Shown here: piece after piece, positions 23,898-37,039 of the stretch
Position numbering within the stretch: the first letter of the stretch is position 1
Layout: every line of letters starts with the position of its first letter
From: an uncultured Piscirickettsiaceae bacterium
GTDB lineage: Bacteria > Pseudomonadota > Gammaproteobacteria > Thiomicrospirales > Thiomicrospiraceae
Assembly (NCBI GenBank): GCA_964405635.1
Contig: CAYOOU010000001.1
Span: 1 to 57,682 of the forward strand
Length of the DNA stretch: 57,682 nucleotides
Reading direction: 5' to 3'
Translations under genes and position numbers: made by a program
Notes under the pieces: generated by a model
Database searches by the model: none
The model's input: only the letters and a program-made list of their open reading frames with translations
What the model was told of the DNA's origin: nothing

Positions 23898-25088
23898 ATG
23901 GCAAAGGAAAAGTTTGAAAGAACGAAACCCCATGTAAACGTAGGAACAATCGGCCACGTTGACCATGGTAAAACCACACTAACAGCGGCACTAACCATTG
24001 TGCAAGGAAAGAAGTTCGGAGGAGAAGTTAAAGACTACTCAGCCATCGATAACGCGCCAGAAGAAAGAGAGCGTGGAATCACCATCTCAACTGCACACGT
24101 AGAATACGAATCAGAAACTCGTCACTACGCTCACGTAGACTGCCCAGGTCACGCCGACTATGTTAAAAACATGATTACCGGTGCGGCACAAATGGATGGC
24201 GCAATCCTAGTATGTTCTGCAGCTGATGGCCCAATGCCTCAGACTCGTGAGCACATTCTACTCTCTCGTCAGGTAGGTGTACCTTACATCGTTGTATACC
24301 TAAACAAAGCTGACATGGTAGATGACGAAGAGCTTATCGAGCTAGTAGAAATGGAAGTACGTGAGCTACTAGACCAGTACGAATTCCCAGGTGACGACAC
24401 CCCAGTAATCATTGGTTCAGCTCTAAAAGCTATCGAAGGTGACCAGTCAGAAATTGGTGAGCCATCTATCACACGTCTTGTTGCTGCAATGGATGAGTAC
24501 ATCCCAACGCCAGAGCGCGACACAGACAAGCCATTCCTAATGCCTGTAGAAGACATCTTCTCAATCCAAGGTCGTGGAACAGTAGCAACCGGCCGTGTCG
24601 AAACGGGTGTGATTAAAGTGGGTGAAGAGATTGAAATCGTAGGTATTCGCCCAACTCAAAAAACGACCGTTACGGGTGTAGAAATGTTCCGTAAGCTTCT
24701 AGACCAAGGTGAAGCGGGTGATAACGTAGGTATCCTACTACGTGGAACCAAGCGTGAAGACATCGAGCGTGGGCAAGTATTGGCACACCCAGGTACCATT
24801 ACACCACACACCAAGTTTGAAGCAGAAGTCTATGTATTGTCAAAAGACGAAGGTGGGCGTCACACGCCATTCTTCAACGGCTACCGTCCACAGTTCTACT
24901 TCCGTACCACTGATGTAACTGGCGCATGTCAGCTACCAGAAGGTGTAGAAATGGTTATGCCAGGTGACAACGTACAGATGACTGTAGAGTTGATCAACCC
25001 AATCGCCATGGATGAAGGACTACGCTTCGCGATCCGTGAAGGTGGTCGTACCGTTGGTGCTGGTGTGGTTTCTTCCATCATCGAGTAA
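23898..25088 (+). CDS. tuf: Elongation factor Tu (tufB-position copy)
   Basis: 396 aa. [14 protein letters not shown] and NKAD G motifs. Protein identical to the copy at 40568. Confidence 0.98.
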   Translation: MAKEKFERTKPHVNVGTIGHVDHGKTTLTAALTIVQGKKFGGEVKDYSAIDNAPEERERGITISTAHVEYESETRHYAHVDCPGHADYVKNMITGAAQMDGAILVCSAADGPMPQTREHILLSRQVGVPYIVVYLNKADMVDDEELIELVEMEVRELLDQYEFPGDDTPVIIGSALKAIEGDQSEIGEPSITRLVAAMDEYIPTPERDTDKPFLMPVEDIFSIQGRGTVATGRVETGVIKVGEEIEIVGIRPTQKTTVTGVEMFRKLLDQGEAGDNVGILLRGTKREDIERGQVLAHPGTITPHTKFEAEVYVLSKDEGGRHTPFFNGYRPQFYFRTTDVTGACQLPEGVEMVMPGDNVQMTVELINPIAMDEGLRFAIREGGRTVGAGVVSSIIE

Positions 25089-25134
25089 AGTTAAGCTAAT
25101 TGCTGATTCGTCAGTAAATTACTTGAAAATAAAG

Positions 25135-25161
25135 AAGGGGATGTTTATAATCCCCTTTTTT
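25135..25161 (+). terminator. Intrinsic terminator-like hairpin after tuf
   Basis: AAGGGGAT-loop-ATCCCCTT followed by a T-run. Confidence 0.65.
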
Positions 25162-25169
25162 GAATCTAC

Positions 25170-25246
25170 AGGGGTATAGCTCCAATTGGTAGAGCACCGG
25201 ATTCCAAATCCGGGTGTTGGGAGTTCGAGTCTCTCTACCCCTGCCA
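25170..25246 (+). tRNA. tRNA-Trp (anticodon CCA)
   Basis: AGGGGTATAGCTCCAATTGGTAGAGCACCGGATTCCAAATCCGGGTGTTGGGAGTTCGAGTCTCTCTACCCCTGCCA. Confidence 0.95.
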
Positions 25247-25302
25247 TATTTTATAGCGGCCTGAACTTGTTCAGGTCGTTTTAGCTTTCAGAATAGAAAT
25301 TT

Positions 25303-25689
25303 ATGTCAAAGAAAATTGAAAATCAGCAAGTGGCAGAGACGCCACAAGACAAGTTCCTCTTTACTTTTGCTTTGCTGTTAATGGCGGCCTCTTTGGTTGG
25401 CTATTATGTTTATTCTGAAGCGCATGCCGTTATTCGCGTTTTAGGGTTGTTGACAGGGCTGGGAGTTTCGGTCTTTTTGTTGTCTAAAACGGAAAAAGGG
25501 CGTGGCTGGATCCATTATTTGGCTCAGGTAAAAAAAGAGGTGTTAACCGTTGTTTGGCCGACTAGGCAAGAAACCATACAAATGACCCTGATAGTGTTTG
25601 TTGTGGTGGTCATAATGGGGTTCTTTCTTTGGTTGGTAGATATGTTTTTCTTATGGGCGGTGCAGCTTCTAACAGGACAAGGTGGATAA
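25303..25689 (+). CDS. secE: Preprotein translocase subunit SecE
   Basis: 128-aa three-TM protein ending ...[34 protein letters not shown]. Conserved position before nusG. Confidence 0.9.
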   Translation: MSKKIENQQVAETPQDKFLFTFALLLMAASLVGYYVYSEAHAVIRVLGLLTGLGVSVFLLSKTEKGRGWIHYLAQVKKEVLTVVWPTRQETIQMTLIVFVVVVIMGFFLWLVDMFFLWAVQLLTGQGG

Positions 25690-25690
25690 G

Positions 25691-26224
25691 ATGGCTAAGC
25701 GTTGGTATGTTGTACACGCCTATTCAGGCTATGAGAACAAAGTTAAGAAAGCACTTCAGGAGTACGTGGATCGTGCTGGCATGCAGGATAAGTTTGGTGA
25801 GATGCTGGTGCCTTCAGAAGAAGTGGTAGAGGTTCGTGACGGTAAAAAGTACACCAGTGAGCGAAAGTTCTTTCCAGGTTATGTTTTAGTACAGATGGAA
25901 ATGGATGAGGATGCGTGGCACTTAGTGAAAAGTGTGCCTCAGGTGCTTGGGTTTATTGGTGGAACCAGTGATCGTCCGGCGCCAATTTCTCAAAAAGAAG
26001 TGGATCGCATTCTGGAAAGAATGCAGGAAGGATCTGAGAAGCCACGTCCAAAAGTGATGTATGAGCCAGGGGAAATGGTTCGAGTTATTGATGGCCCCTT
26101 TAAAGACTTTGAGGCCGTGGTTGAAGAGGTGGATTACGCCAAGAATAAGTTGCAGGTCTCTGTACTCATCTTTGGTCGTTCCACTCCAGTAGAGCTTGAA
26201 TTTACACAAGTTGAAAAAAGTTAA
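25691..26224 (+). CDS. nusG: Transcription termination/antitermination factor NusG
   Basis: [22 protein letters not shown]...; KOW region [25 protein letters not shown] 25691 is preceded by GGTGG (the track start 25682 is 3 codons upstream). Confidence 0.96.
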   Translation: MAKRWYVVHAYSGYENKVKKALQEYVDRAGMQDKFGEMLVPSEEVVEVRDGKKYTSERKFFPGYVLVQMEMDEDAWHLVKSVPQVLGFIGGTSDRPAPISQKEVDRILERMQEGSEKPRPKVMYEPGEMVRVIDGPFKDFEAVVEEVDYAKNKLQVSVLIFGRSTPVELEFTQVEKS

Positions 26225-26291
26225 TTAAAGCGCGGGGAACCGCATTTTTTAATCGGGGAGCCGAAAGGCGTTTGACCCAAAAGGAGTAAGC

Positions 26292-26720
26292 ATGGCTAAG
26301 AAGATTGAAGCCTATATTAAATTGCAAGTGCCTGCGGGCGGTGCAAATCCTAGTCCACCAGTTGGTCCAGCGTTGGGTCAGCATGGTGTGAATATCATGG
26401 AGTTCTGTAAAGCATTCAATGCACAGACTCAAAATATTGAAAAAGGTCTGCCGATTCCAGTTGTTATTACAGTTTACAACGATCGCAGCTTTACCTTTGT
26501 TACCAAAACCCCTCCAGCTTCTGTGTTGCTAATGAAAGCAGCCGGAATCAAAAGCGGAAGCCCTGTGCCTAACTTGAAGAAAGTTGGAACAGTTACCCGT
26601 GCACAGTTGGAAGAGATTGCCAATACTAAAATGCCTGACTTGAATGCAAACGACTTGGATGCTGCAGTGAAAATTATTGCAGGAACAGCTCGTAGCATGG
26701 GCCTAGTGGAAGAGGGGTAA
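26292..26720 (+). CDS. rplK: 50S ribosomal protein L11
   Basis: [43 protein letters not shown]. Confidence 0.98.
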   Translation: MAKKIEAYIKLQVPAGGANPSPPVGPALGQHGVNIMEFCKAFNAQTQNIEKGLPIPVVITVYNDRSFTFVTKTPPASVLLMKAAGIKSGSPVPNLKKVGTVTRAQLEEIANTKMPDLNANDLDAAVKIIAGTARSMGLVEEG

Positions 26721-26723
26721 GAC

Positions 26724-27413
26724 ATGGCGAAACTATCTAAAAAACAAAAAATGATTCAAGAGCGTGTTGACTCAACAAAGCAGTACGACTTGAATGAAGC
26801 AGTTGAAATTCTAAAAGAGTTTGCCAGCCCAAACTTTACTGAGTCTGTTGATGTGGCCGTTCGTCTTGGTATTGACCCTCGTAAGTCAGACCAAGCTGTA
26901 CGTGGTGCAACTGTTCTTCCAAAAGGAACTGGTAAAGAGGTTAAGGTTGCGGTATTTACCAACGAAGCAAATGCAGAAGCTGCAAAAGCAGCAGGTGCAG
27001 ATTATGTGGGTATGGAAGATTTGGCAGCTGAAATCAAAGGCGGCATGATGGATTTTGACGTGGTTGTTGCAAGCCCAGATGCCATGCGAGTTGTGGGTCA
27101 GTTGGGTCAGCTACTAGGGCCACGTGGCTTGATGCCTAACCCTAAGACTGGAACCGTTACTCCTAATGTTGCTGACGCGGTTAAAAACGCGAAAGCCGGT
27201 CAGGTTCGTTACCGTGCAGACAAAGGTGGAATTGTGCATGCTCCAGTAGGGCGCGTTACTTTCTCTGCAGAAGACATCAAAGAAAACTTGAATGCATTGA
27301 TCGATGATCTAAATAAGCTTAAGCCTGCTTCAGCGAAGGGTGTTTACATCCGTAAGATCGCCATCTCCAGCACAATGGGGCCTGGCGTAACCATCGATCA
27401 AACTACTTTATAA
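26724..27413 (+). CDS. rplA: 50S ribosomal protein L1
   Basis: 229 aa; [16 protein letters not shown]...; conserved order. Confidence 0.98.
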   Translation: MAKLSKKQKMIQERVDSTKQYDLNEAVEILKEFASPNFTESVDVAVRLGIDPRKSDQAVRGATVLPKGTGKEVKVAVFTNEANAEAAKAAGADYVGMEDLAAEIKGGMMDFDVVVASPDAMRVVGQLGQLLGPRGLMPNPKTGTVTPNVADAVKNAKAGQVRYRADKGGIVHAPVGRVTFSAEDIKENLNALIDDLNKLKPASAKGVYIRKIAISSTMGPGVTIDQTTL

Positions 27414-27584
27414 TTTAGGGGCTGGAAACAGCCGCTGAATTTATGCGAATTGGGTCTCCTTAAACAAATAATTTAGGTGAGTACCCATCGCAGACCGTAG
27501 GTGTGTATCGGAGGATACACTTAATTGTCTTATGCCTACGTAGATGGAAGAGTAAAACTGAGGTTTTACTAGTTTGGAGGTCAT
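27414..27584 (+). promoter_or_regulatory. rplJ leader region (expected L10-L12 autoregulatory leader)
   Basis: 171-nt untranslated spacer before rplJ with several hairpins (for example GTAAAAC-TGAG-GTTTTAC just before the GGAGG SD). The function is assigned by positional analogy to the E. coli L10 leader. Confidence 0.45.
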
Positions 27585-28112
27585 ATGGCACTTAAACTTG
27601 ACGATAAAAAGCGCATTATTGAAGAAGTGTCTGCTATTGCTGCAGATGCCTATTCAGTAGTTGCAGCAGAGTATCGTGGGTTGACAGTGGAGGATATGAC
27701 TAACCTTCGCAGACAAGCAAGAGAAGCGAATGTGCAGGTGCGTGTTATTAAAAACACCCTTGCCCGTCGTGCGCTTACAGGTACGCAGTTTGAAGATATT
27801 GGATCAGAGTTAGTAGGCCCATTGGTCTATGCTTTCTCTATGGAAGATCCAGGTTCTGCGGCGCGTGTCTACAAGAACTTTGCTAAAGATAATGCTGGGT
27901 TAGTTGTGAAGGTATTGACGATTGGTAATGGCGCTATGGGGTCAGACCAATTGGATTCAGTTGCCTCTCTACCAACTTACGACGAAGCAATCAGCAAACT
28001 TATGTTTGTAATGAAAGCGCCAGTGGAGCAACTTGCGAAGACTCTCAACGAGGTTCCTGGCAAGCTGGTACGCACTGTGGCAGCAATCAAAGATGCCAAA
28101 GAAGCGGCATAA
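27585..28112 (+). CDS. rplJ: 50S ribosomal protein L10
   Basis: 175 aa; MALKLDDKKRIIEEVSAIA... Confidence 0.97.
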   Translation: MALKLDDKKRIIEEVSAIAADAYSVVAAEYRGLTVEDMTNLRRQAREANVQVRVIKNTLARRALTGTQFEDIGSELVGPLVYAFSMEDPGSAARVYKNFAKDNAGLVVKVLTIGNGAMGSDQLDSVASLPTYDEAISKLMFVMKAPVEQLAKTLNEVPGKLVRTVAAIKDAKEAA

Positions 28113-28151
28113 TTTACCCAACTATTTTAATTTGTTTTAGGAGAACTAGAA

Positions 28152-28529
28152 ATGTCAATTTCAAAGGACGAAATTTTAGAAGCCATTGCTAATATGTCAG
28201 TAATGGAAGTTGTTGAACTTGTAGAAGCAATGGAAGAGAAGTTCGGTGTTTCTGCTGCTGCTGCAGCTGTAGCGGTTGCTGCACCTGCTGCTGGTGAAGC
28301 TGGTGGTGCTGCTGAGCAGACTGAATTTGATGTTGTACTAACTGGTGCTGGTGCTAACAAAGTTGCAGCAATTAAAGCGGTTCGTGCAATTACAGGTCTT
28401 GGTCTTAAAGAAGCTAAAGAAGCAGTTGAATCTGCACCGACTGTTCTTAAAGAAGGTGTTTCTAAAGAAGAAGCAGAAGATCTTGTTAACCAGCTTAAAG
28501 AAGCTGGTGCTGAAGCTGAAGTTAAGTAA
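28152..28529 (+). CDS. rplL: 50S ribosomal protein L7/L12
   Basis: 125 aa; [33 protein letters not shown], Ala-rich hinge, [21 protein letters not shown]. Confidence 0.98.
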   Translation: MSISKDEILEAIANMSVMEVVELVEAMEEKFGVSAAAAAVAVAAPAAGEAGGAAEQTEFDVVLTGAGANKVAAIKAVRAITGLGLKEAKEAVESAPTVLKEGVSKEEAEDLVNQLKEAGAEAEVK

Positions 28530-28562
28530 TCCTGATTATTTAACTGCTTTAGCAGCTGAATT

Positions 28563-28597
28563 GGCTGGTGGATTTTCCACCGGCCTTTTCTCGTTTT
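28563..28597 (+). terminator. rplL-rpoB intergenic attenuator-type hairpin
   Basis: GGCTGGTGG-ATTTT-CCACCGGCC followed by TTTTCTCGTTTT. A second 8-bp hairpin AGGAAAGT/ACTTTCCT follows at 28600-28624. Confidence 0.6.
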
Positions 28598-28729
28598 AAG
28601 GAAAGTTGGGTTCTACTTTCCTCTGTAGTGTCTAAAAGTGTGATCAATCAGAAAAGTTTTTGGTTATCAAAGTTTTAGGTACTGTCCCGGTCTTAAAGAC
28701 CTAATTACAATACGATGTCGAGGCAATAA

Positions 28730-31700
28730 ATGGCTTATTCTTTAATCGAAAAGAAACGGATCCGTAAAGATTTTTCAACCAACCCCTCCATTTTGGAAGT
28801 TCCCTACCTACTCTCATTACAAAAAGGCTCATTCCATGAGTTTTTACAAAAGGATAAAAAGCCTGTAGAGCGTGAGAATATTGGGCTTCATGCAGCTTTC
28901 AAATCTGTGTTTCCAATTAAAGGGGTTGCAGGGACTGCAGACTTAGAGTATGTCAGCTACCACCTTGGGCAGTCAGAGTTTGATGTAAAAGAGTGTAAGC
29001 AACGTGGCGTCACTTATGCAGCACCTTTGCGTGTAAAAATGCGTCTGGTGATCTATGATAAAGATGCACCAGCTGGCAATCGACCCGTTAAAGATATTAA
29101 AGAACAGGAAGTCTATTTAGGGGATATGCCTCTAATGACTGATAACGGTACCTTTGTTATTAATGGTACAGAGCGCGTTATCGTGACACAGCTTCACCGC
29201 TCCCCTGGTGTGATCTTTGACAGTGATAAAGGGAAATCTCATAGTTCAGGTAAGGTGCTATTCAATGCCCGAATCATACCTTATCGTGGTTCTTGGTTAG
29301 ACTTTGAATTTGACCATAATGACTGTGTTTATGCGCGTATTGATCGCCGTCGTAAGTTGCCAGTGTCCGTTTTATTGCGTGCTATGGGTTATAACAACGA
29401 AGAAATCCTTCGTATGTTCTATGACACCATGAATATCAGTGTCAAAAAGGGCAAGATATTCCTGAAGCTTGATTTAGATCAGTTGAAAGGGCAGACCGCT
29501 GCTTTTGATATTGAGGTTGATGGTAAAGCCATTGTGAAGTCAGGCAAAAAAATTACAACCCGTACTATTAAGCAACTCAAGGAAGCCGATATTAAGGAAA
29601 CTGTAGTATCTCCTGAGTTCTTACTGGGGAAGGTATTGGTTTCAGGCTTGGTGGATAAGGAGTCTGGTGAGCTTATTGCTGCAGCGAATTCTGTTATTAC
29701 TGCTGAAACGGTTGAGAGAATTATAGAGCTAGGTAAGGTTGATCTTGAGGTACTGTTTATTGATGAGAATAATAATGGGCCTTATATTACCGATACAATT
29801 AATCTTGATACCACCTCTTCTCAGCTTGAAGCCCAGATTGAAATTTACCGCATGATGCGTCCAGGTGAGCCACCTACACCTGAGTCATCAAAGGCGTTGT
29901 TTAACAGCTTATTCTTTGATGAAACCCGTTATGACCTTTCTAAAGTTGGACGGATGAAGCTTAACCGCCGCTTAGGCCGTAAAAATAACGAAGGCTCATT
30001 GGTTCTTGAAAAAAAAGATGTCATTGATGTGGTTCGTGAGCTGATTAATATCCGTAACGGTAATAGTACGGTTGATGATATTGATACCCTAGGTAACCGT
30101 CGTATCCGTGCAGTGGGCGAAATGGCAGAAAATGCTTTCCGTGTGGGGTTGGTGCGTGTTGAACGTGCGGTTAAAGAACGTTTAAATCATGCAGAAAATG
30201 AAGGCCTAATGCCTCAGGATTTGATTAATGCTAAGCCTGTTTCAGCAGCCATCAAAGAGTTCTTTGGCTCAAGCCAGCTTTCTCAGTTTATGGATCAGGT
30301 GAATCCGCTTTCAGAAGTAACCCATAAGCGTCGTGTTTCTGCTTTAGGACCCGGCGGTCTAACGCGTGAGCGTGCAGGCTTTGAAGTGCGAGATGTTCAC
30401 CCAACCCATTACGGTCGTGTTTGTCCAATCGAAACGCCTGAAGGGCCAAACATTGGTTTGATTAATACGCTGGCGATTTATGCTCGCACGAATGAGTATG
30501 GTTTCCTAGAAACGCCTTACCGCAAAGTCGTAGATGGTAAGGTGACGGATGAGATTGAGTATGTCTCAGCCATTGATGAAGAGAAGTTTGTGATCGCTCA
30601 GGCCAATATTAAGCTGAACGAGAATAACGAAATTATCGATGAACTGGTTTCTGCTCGTTATAAGAACGAGTTTACCTTGGCATCCTCTAAAGATGTGAAT
30701 TATATGGATGTGTCACCGAAACAGATCATTTCTGTGGCGGCCTCCTTGATTCCTTTCCTGGAGCACGATGATGCTAACCGTGCATTGATGGGATCTAACA
30801 TGCAACGCCAGGCAGTACCAACGCTTCGTGCTGAAAAGCCATTGGTGGGAACTGGGATTGAAAAAACCGTTGCCATTGATTCTGGTGTCACCGTGGTGGC
30901 AAACCGTGGTGGAGAGGTCATCTCTTCTGATGCGTCGCGTATTGTTGTGCGTGTGAATGCCGATGAGATCCAAGAGGGTGAGTCTGGGGTAGATATCTAC
31001 AATTTGGTGAAATTCCAGCGCTCTAACCAAAATACCTGTATCAACCAGAAGCCTATCGTTCAAGTGGGTGAAAAGGTTCAGCGTGGGGATGTTTTGGCAG
31101 ATGGACCATCTACCGATATGGGTGAATTGGCACTAGGTCAAAACATGCGTATCGCCTTTATGCCTTGGAATGGTTATAACTTTGAGGATTCGATCCTGAT
31201 TTCTGAGCGTGTGGTTCAGGAAGATCGTTACACCACCATTCATATTGAAGAGTTGACCTGTATGGCCCGTGATACCAAGCTTGGGCCAGAAGAGATTACT
31301 GCGGATATCCCTAATGTCGGTGAGTCTGCGCTTTCTCGTTTGGATGAGCGTGGTATTGTCTATGTAGGTGCAGAGGTCAAGCAGGGCGATATTTTGGTCG
31401 GTAAGGTCACCCCTAAAGGTGAAACTCAGCTGACCCCTGAAGAGAAGCTTTTGCGTGCCATCTTTGGTGAAAAGGCCTCTGATGTTAAAGACACCTCTTT
31501 GCGTGTGCAGAAAAGGATTGAAGGAACGGTCATTGATGTTCAGGTCTTTACCCGTGAAGGGGTGAAGAAAGATGCTCGAGCCATTGAGATTCAGAATGCT
31601 GAATTGAAAAAGGTGAAGAAGGACTTTGATGAGCAGTACAACATTCTTTTAGAAGATACAATTGCTCGTGCCAAGCAAATGCTTAAGGGTCAGAAGTTAG

Positions 31701-32788
31701 TAGATGATACGGTTATTGATGATGCCTATCTTGAAAAGCTGACAGATGACAAGGTGTTCAGTCTAAATGTGGCGGATGATGAGCTGGCTAAGCAGTTAGA
31801 ATCCCTTCAAGATTATCTAAAAACTAAGCGTAAAGAGTTAGATAAAGCCTATGAAGAGAAGCGTAAGAAGTTGACTCAAGGTGATGAGCTTCAGCCAGGT
31901 GTTTCAAAGATGGTAAAAGTTTATGTGGCGGTGAAGCGTCGCATTCAGCCTGGAGATAAGATGGCGGGTCGTCACGGTAACAAGGGTGTTATCTCCCGAA
32001 TTTGTCCTGTGGAAGACATGCCTTACGATGAAACTGGTCGCCCGGTTGACATCTGCTTGAACCCACTTGGTGTACCTTCCCGTATGAACGTTGGTCAGAT
32101 CCTAGAGGTTCATCTTGGTTTAGCTGCTTGGGGTCTGGGTGACAAGATCAACAAGATGCTTGAACGGCAAGCTGAAGTGAAAGAAGTGCGCGACTTCTTA
32201 GATAAGATTTACAACGAAACCCAAGGGCAAGGCGTTGACTTCAGCCAGTGGACAGATGATGAAATCATTGAGCTGGCGAAGAACCTACGTAAGGGTGTGC
32301 CGATGGCTTCTCCGGTCTTTGATGGCTGTTCAGAAGAGCAGATTAAGGCGCTATTGCGTTTAGCAGATTTGCCAGAAAGTGGTCAAATGAAACTATTTGA
32401 TGGTATTACCGGTGAAGAGTTTGATCGTCCAGTCACCGTTGGTTATATGCACTATCTGAAGTTGAACCACTTGGTAGACGATAAGATGCACGCCCGTTCT
32501 ACTGGACCTTATAGTCTGGTGACCCAGCAGCCATTGGGTGGTAAAGCCCAGTTTGGTGGTCAGCGTTTCGGGGAGATGGAAGTATGGGCGCTGGAAGCCT
32601 ATGGTGCTGCCTTCACCCTACAAGAGATGCTGACGGTGAAGTCTGATGACTTGACCGGTCGTACCCGCATGTATAAGAACATTGTGGATGGAAATGAGTA
32701 TATGGAGCCAGGTATGCCTGAGTCCTTTAGCGTGTTGCGGAAAGAGATCCGTGCACTTGGTATTGATATTGAGTTGGAGCAAGACTAA
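28730..32788 (+). CDS. rpoB: DNA-directed RNA polymerase subunit beta
   Basis: 1352 aa; [16 protein letters not shown]...; NMQRQAVP and [13 protein letters not shown] motifs. Confidence 0.99.
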   Translation: MAYSLIEKKRIRKDFSTNPSILEVPYLLSLQKGSFHEFLQKDKKPVERENIGLHAAFKSVFPIKGVAGTADLEYVSYHLGQSEFDVKECKQRGVTYAAPLRVKMRLVIYDKDAPAGNRPVKDIKEQEVYLGDMPLMTDNGTFVINGTERVIVTQLHRSPGVIFDSDKGKSHSSGKVLFNARIIPYRGSWLDFEFDHNDCVYARIDRRRKLPVSVLLRAMGYNNEEILRMFYDTMNISVKKGKIFLKLDLDQLKGQTAAFDIEVDGKAIVKSGKKITTRTIKQLKEADIKETVVSPEFLLGKVLVSGLVDKESGELIAAANSVITAETVERIIELGKVDLEVLFIDENNNGPYITDTINLDTTSSQLEAQIEIYRMMRPGEPPTPESSKALFNSLFFDETRYDLSKVGRMKLNRRLGRKNNEGSLVLEKKDVIDVVRELINIRNGNSTVDDIDTLGNRRIRAVGEMAENAFRVGLVRVERAVKERLNHAENEGLMPQDLINAKPVSAAIKEFFGSSQLSQFMDQVNPLSEVTHKRRVSALGPGGLTRERAGFEVRDVHPTHYGRVCPIETPEGPNIGLINTLAIYARTNEYGFLETPYRKVVDGKVTDEIEYVSAIDEEKFVIAQANIKLNENNEIIDELVSARYKNEFTLASSKDVNYMDVSPKQIISVAASLIPFLEHDDANRALMGSNMQRQAVPTLRAEKPLVGTGIEKTVAIDSGVTVVANRGGEVISSDASRIVVRVNADEIQEGESGVDIYNLVKFQRSNQNTCINQKPIVQVGEKVQRGDVLADGPSTDMGELALGQNMRIAFMPWNGYNFEDSILISERVVQEDRYTTIHIEELTCMARDTKLGPEEITADIPNVGESALSRLDERGIVYVGAEVKQGDILVGKVTPKGETQLTPEEKLLRAIFGEKASDVKDTSLRVQKRIEGTVIDVQVFTREGVKKDARAIEIQNAELKKVKKDFDEQYNILLEDTIARAKQMLKGQKLVDDTVIDDAYLEKLTDDKVFSLNVADDELAKQLESLQDYLKTKRKELDKAYEEKRKKLTQGDELQPGVSKMVKVYVAVKRRIQPGDKMAGRHGNKGVISRICPVEDMPYDETGRPVDICLNPLGVPSRMNVGQILEVHLGLAAWGLGDKINKMLERQAEVKEVRDFLDKIYNETQGQGVDFSQWTDDEIIELAKNLRKGVPMASPVFDGCSEEQIKALLRLADLPESGQMKLFDGITGEEFDRPVTVGYMHYLKLNHLVDDKMHARSTGPYSLVTQQPLGGKAQFGGQRFGEMEVWALEAYGAAFTLQEMLTVKSDDLTGRTRMYKNIVDGNEYMEPGMPESFSVLRKEIRALGIDIELEQD

Positions 32789-35700
32789 TGAAAGATTTAC
32801 TTGGTTTTTTGAAAAAACAGAATGTCTCAACGGATTTTGATGAGATTAAAGTCTCCCTTGCTTCACCTGAAAAGATTCGCTCTTGGTCTTATGGCGAAGT
32901 AAAGAAGCCAGAGACCATTAACTATCGTACTTTTAAGCCAGAGCGCGATGGTCTTTTCTGTGCCAAAATTTTCGGGCCAATCCGTGACTATGAGTGCTTG
33001 TGTGGAAAATATAAGCGCTTAAAGCACAGGGGTGTGATTTGTGAGAAGTGTGGGGTTGAGGTCACTCAAGCTAAAGTGCGTCGTGAGCGCATGGGGCACA
33101 TTGATTTAGCAACCCCTGTTAGCCATATCTGGTTCTTGAAGTCTCTGCCTTCTCGTATCGGCTTAATGTTGGATATGACATTAAAAGAGATTGAAGCGGT
33201 GCTTTATTTTGAAGCCTTTATGGTGATTGACCCCGGTCTTACACCACTAGAGCCTTGGCAGTTGCTTTCTGAAGAAGAGTACTTGAATGCGCTAGACGAG
33301 TACGGCGATGAGTTTGAGGCTCAGATGGGAGCCGAAGCAATTAAGAAGATGTTGCAATCGATCGACCTTCAAGCAGAGTCAGATCGTTTGCGTGAAGAGA
33401 TGGAAGCCACCAACTCTGAAACCAAACAGAAAAAAATTACTAAGCGTTTGAAGTTGATTGACGCCTTCTTGCAGTCGGGAAATAAGCCTGAGTGGATGAT
33501 TCTGGATGTATTGCCAGTCTTGCCACCGGAATTGCGTCCTTTGGTTCCACTAGATGGCGGTCGCTTTGCAACTTCTGACTTGAATGACCTATACCGTCGC
33601 GTTATTAACCGTAATAACCGCCTAAAGCGTCTTCTAGACTTAATGGCGCCAGATATTATTGTCCGCAACGAGAAGCGGATGTTGCAAGAGTCTGTTGACT
33701 CATTGTTAGACAACGGCCGTCGTGGTCGTGCCGTTACGGGTTCAAACAAGCGTCAGTTGAAGTCTTTGGCAGATATGATCAAAGGTAAGCAAGGGCGTTT
33801 CCGTCAGAACCTACTTGGTAAGCGTGTGGACTACTCAGGTCGTTCTGTAATCGTAGTTGGACCAAGCCTGCGTTTGCACCAGTGTGGACTGCCGAAAAAA
33901 ATGGCTTTAGAGTTGTTTAAGCCCTTTATCTTTAGCAAGCTGCAGAAGCGTGGCTTGGCGGCAACCATTAAAGCGGCGAAGAAGATGGTAGAGCAAGGCT
34001 TGCCTGAAGTATGGGATGTGTTGGATGAAGTAATCCGTGAGCACCCTGTTCTTCTGAACCGTGCGCCAACTCTTCACCGTTTGGGTATTCAGGCCTTTGA
34101 GCCGGTATTGATTGAAGGTAAAGCCATTAACCTGCATCCATTGGTTTGTTCAGCCTTTAACGCTGACTTTGATGGGGATCAGATGGCGGTGCATGTGCCC
34201 CTTTCACTAGAGGCGCAAGCAGAAGCACGAACCTTAATGATGTCCACCAATAACTTATTATCGCCTGCGAATGGGGAGCCTATTATTGTGCCTTCGCAGG
34301 ATGTGGTATTAGGTTTGTACTACATTACTCGTGAGCGAATTAATGCTAAGGGTGAAGGTCGTGTCTTTGGAAATTGGCAAGAAGTTGAGCGTGCTTTAGA
34401 TGCTAAAGAAGTGGAAATGCACGCTAAAATCAAACTTCGAGTCAATGAAGTGACCATTGATGAAACAGGTAAAGAGAATGCCGTAACCCGTATAGTTGAC
34501 ACGACTGTAGGGCGTGCCATTCTAAAACGGATTTTGCCAAAAGGGTTAAGTTTTGACTTGTTGAACACCAACCTGACGAAAAAGAATATCAGTAAGGTGT
34601 TGAACGCTTGTTACCGTATTCTTGGGTCGAAAGAGACGGTCGTTTTTGCGGATCAGCTGATGTATGCTGGATTCAAGTGGTCAACCCTAGGCGGACTCTC
34701 TTTCTGTTCTGACGACATGTTGATTCCGAAGGAGAAATACGAAATCATCAAACGAGCTGAAGAGCAGGTAGCAGAGATCCAGCGTCAGTTTGCCCAAGGT
34801 TTGGTGACAGAAGGTGAACGTTACAATAAGGTTATCGACATTTGGTCTCATACCAATGAGTTGGTAACACAAGCGATGATGGATGAGCTGCAGTATGAAA
34901 CCGTTGTTGATAAAGATGGCAATGAAGTTAAGCAGCTTTCATTTAACTCTATCTTTATGATGGCAGACTCTGGTGCTCGTGGATCGGTTGCACAGATGCG
35001 TCAGTTAGGGGGGATGCGTGGCTTGATGGCTAAGCCAGATGGCTCAATTATCGAAACCCCTATTACCGCTAACTTCCGTGAAGGGTTGAATGTATTACAG
35101 TACTTTATCTCTACCCACGGTGCGCGTAAAGGTTTGGCGGATACCGCATTGAAGACCGCTAACTCTGGTTACCTCACCCGTCGATTGGTAGATGTAGCTC
35201 AAGATGTGGTCGTTACCGAAAAAGATTGTGGTACTTCCGAAGGCATCACGATTTCTGCTTTGGTTGAAGGGGGAGATGTTGTTGAAGAGTTGAAGGATCG
35301 TATTCTTGGGCGTGTGCTCAGTGAAGATGTTCTCTCTTCTGATGGTAAAGTGATTTTCCCTGCTGGTACTTTATTGGATGAAGTAGCGGTTATTGAAATT
35401 GATCGCCACGGAATCGACTCAGTTAAAGCTCGCTCACCGATCACCTGTGAAACCAAGTTTGGTGTGTGTCAGCAGTGCTATGGTCGTGACCTAGCTCGCG
35501 GACAGCGCGTGAACTTAGGGGAGGCCGTTGGTGTTATGGCAGCTCAGTCCATTGGTGAGCCTGGTACACAGTTGACCATGCGTACCTTCCATATCGGGGG
35601 AACCGCTTCTGCTTCTGCAGCCCAAAACCAGATTGAAGTGAAGCATGGCGGTAAGATTAAGTTTGTAAACCTTAAAACCGTCACGAACTCCGAAGGTAAT

Positions 35701-37032
35701 AACATTTTAATTTCCCGTTCAGGTGAGATTTCCATCTCAGATGAGCATGGTCGGGAAAAAGAGCGTTATAAAGTCACCTATGGCTCTGTTATTACCGTAA
35801 ATGATGGTGATCAAGTAGAGTCTGGGCAGATTATTGCCAAGTGGGATGCACACACGCATCCAGTTATTACCGAAGCAGAAGGTAAGGTGGTGTTTGGCAA
35901 CTTTGAAGACAATGTAGAAGAGCATGTCGATGAATTAACCGGTTTGGTCATCTACATTGTGAAGAGTGCTAAGGATCGTAACTCCATGAATAAAGAGGCG
36001 CGTCCTTATATTCAATTGGTGGATGATCAAGGGGAAAGTGTCAGTTTCCCTGGGACGCAAACGCCTGCCATCTACTTCTTGCCTGAAAATGCTGTCGTAG
36101 TTGTTCAGGAAGGCGATAAGGTAGGGTCGGGTGATGTCATTGCGAAAATGCCTTTGGAGTCTTCCAAAACCAAGGATATCACCGGGGGTCTGCCACGAGT
36201 GGCCGACCTATTCGAAGCACGTATTCCTAAGGAACCCGCCATTATGGCAGAGGTTTCAGGGGTTGTAAGCTTTGGTAAAGAGACCAAAGGTAAACAGCGA
36301 TTGGTGATTACTCAGGATAGTGGTGAGCAGTATGAAGCGCTGATTCCAAAATGGCGTAGCATGACGGTATTTGAAGGGGAGCGTGTTGAGAAAGGGGATA
36401 TCGTTGTTGATGGTAACCCAAATCCTCATGACATTCTCCGTCTGCTCGGTGTGGCTAAGCTGACTGAGTACATTGTGGATGAAGTGCAAGAGGTTTACCG
36501 CCTACAAGGGGTGAAAATCAATGATAAGCACATTGAGACCATTGTGCGTCAAATGTTGCGTAAGGTGTTGATTAAAGATCCTGGGGACACCGGCCTAATC
36601 AAGGGAGAGCAGATTGAGTATGCCCGTGTTCTTGAGATGAACGCTAAAATGCGAGAAGAGGGCAAGCAAGAAGCGAAATATGAGCGTATTTTGCTTGGTA
36701 TTACTAAATCTTCCTTAGCGACTGAGTCCTTTATCTCTGCAGCCTCCTTCCAGGAGACGACCCGAGTGCTAACCGAAGCCGCTGTCAGTGGGAAGCGTGA
36801 TCAGTTAATCGGTTTGAAAGAAAACGTCATTGTTGGGCGTTTGATTCCTGCCGGGACTGGTTTTGCTTATCACCAAGCGCGTAAAAAAGCTCAAGAGAAG
36901 ATAGATGCTGAGTTGAAGGCTTTTGTTGACAGTGCAGATGTTGTCTCTTCTGAAGCAGAAGATGCAGAGTTAGCAGAGATGGATGCGCAAGCGTTCTTTA
37001 GCGAAGCCAATGCTGAGACTGAAGAAGTTTAG
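32788..37032 (+). CDS. rpoC: DNA-directed RNA polymerase subunit beta prime
   Basis: 1414 aa; [11 protein letters not shown]...; [12 protein letters not shown] catalytic motif. The start overlaps the rpoB stop (TAATG). Confidence 0.99.
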   Translation: MKDLLGFLKKQNVSTDFDEIKVSLASPEKIRSWSYGEVKKPETINYRTFKPERDGLFCAKIFGPIRDYECLCGKYKRLKHRGVICEKCGVEVTQAKVRRERMGHIDLATPVSHIWFLKSLPSRIGLMLDMTLKEIEAVLYFEAFMVIDPGLTPLEPWQLLSEEEYLNALDEYGDEFEAQMGAEAIKKMLQSIDLQAESDRLREEMEATNSETKQKKITKRLKLIDAFLQSGNKPEWMILDVLPVLPPELRPLVPLDGGRFATSDLNDLYRRVINRNNRLKRLLDLMAPDIIVRNEKRMLQESVDSLLDNGRRGRAVTGSNKRQLKSLADMIKGKQGRFRQNLLGKRVDYSGRSVIVVGPSLRLHQCGLPKKMALELFKPFIFSKLQKRGLAATIKAAKKMVEQGLPEVWDVLDEVIREHPVLLNRAPTLHRLGIQAFEPVLIEGKAINLHPLVCSAFNADFDGDQMAVHVPLSLEAQAEARTLMMSTNNLLSPANGEPIIVPSQDVVLGLYYITRERINAKGEGRVFGNWQEVERALDAKEVEMHAKIKLRVNEVTIDETGKENAVTRIVDTTVGRAILKRILPKGLSFDLLNTNLTKKNISKVLNACYRILGSKETVVFADQLMYAGFKWSTLGGLSFCSDDMLIPKEKYEIIKRAEEQVAEIQRQFAQGLVTEGERYNKVIDIWSHTNELVTQAMMDELQYETVVDKDGNEVKQLSFNSIFMMADSGARGSVAQMRQLGGMRGLMAKPDGSIIETPITANFREGLNVLQYFISTHGARKGLADTALKTANSGYLTRRLVDVAQDVVVTEKDCGTSEGITISALVEGGDVVEELKDRILGRVLSEDVLSSDGKVIFPAGTLLDEVAVIEIDRHGIDSVKARSPITCETKFGVCQQCYGRDLARGQRVNLGEAVGVMAAQSIGEPGTQLTMRTFHIGGTASASAAQNQIEVKHGGKIKFVNLKTVTNSEGNNILISRSGEISISDEHGREKERYKVTYGSVITVNDGDQVESGQIIAKWDAHTHPVITEAEGKVVFGNFEDNVEEHVDELTGLVIYIVKSAKDRNSMNKEARPYIQLVDDQGESVSFPGTQTPAIYFLPENAVVVVQEGDKVGSGDVIAKMPLESSKTKDITGGLPRVADLFEARIPKEPAIMAEVSGVVSFGKETKGKQRLVITQDSGEQYEALIPKWRSMTVFEGERVEKGDIVVDGNPNPHDILRLLGVAKLTEYIVDEVQEVYRLQGVKINDKHIETIVRQMLRKVLIKDPGDTGLIKGEQIEYARVLEMNAKMREEGKQEAKYERILLGITKSSLATESFISAASFQETTRVLTEAAVSGKRDQLIGLKENVIVGRLIPAGTGFAYHQARKKAQEKIDAELKAFVDSADVVSSEAEDAELAEMDAQAFFSEANAETEEV

Positions 37033-37039
37033 CATCAAA

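Noticed and set aside
28127-28599. Ala-rich 77-aa antisense ORF and K/L-rich 84-aa alternate-frame ORF over rplL; GCTGCTGCTGCAGCTG-type repetition at 28255-28310
   Set aside because: Both are shadows of the rplL reading frame. The repetitive DNA simply encodes the normal Ala-rich L7/L12 hinge and is not a tandem-repeat element.
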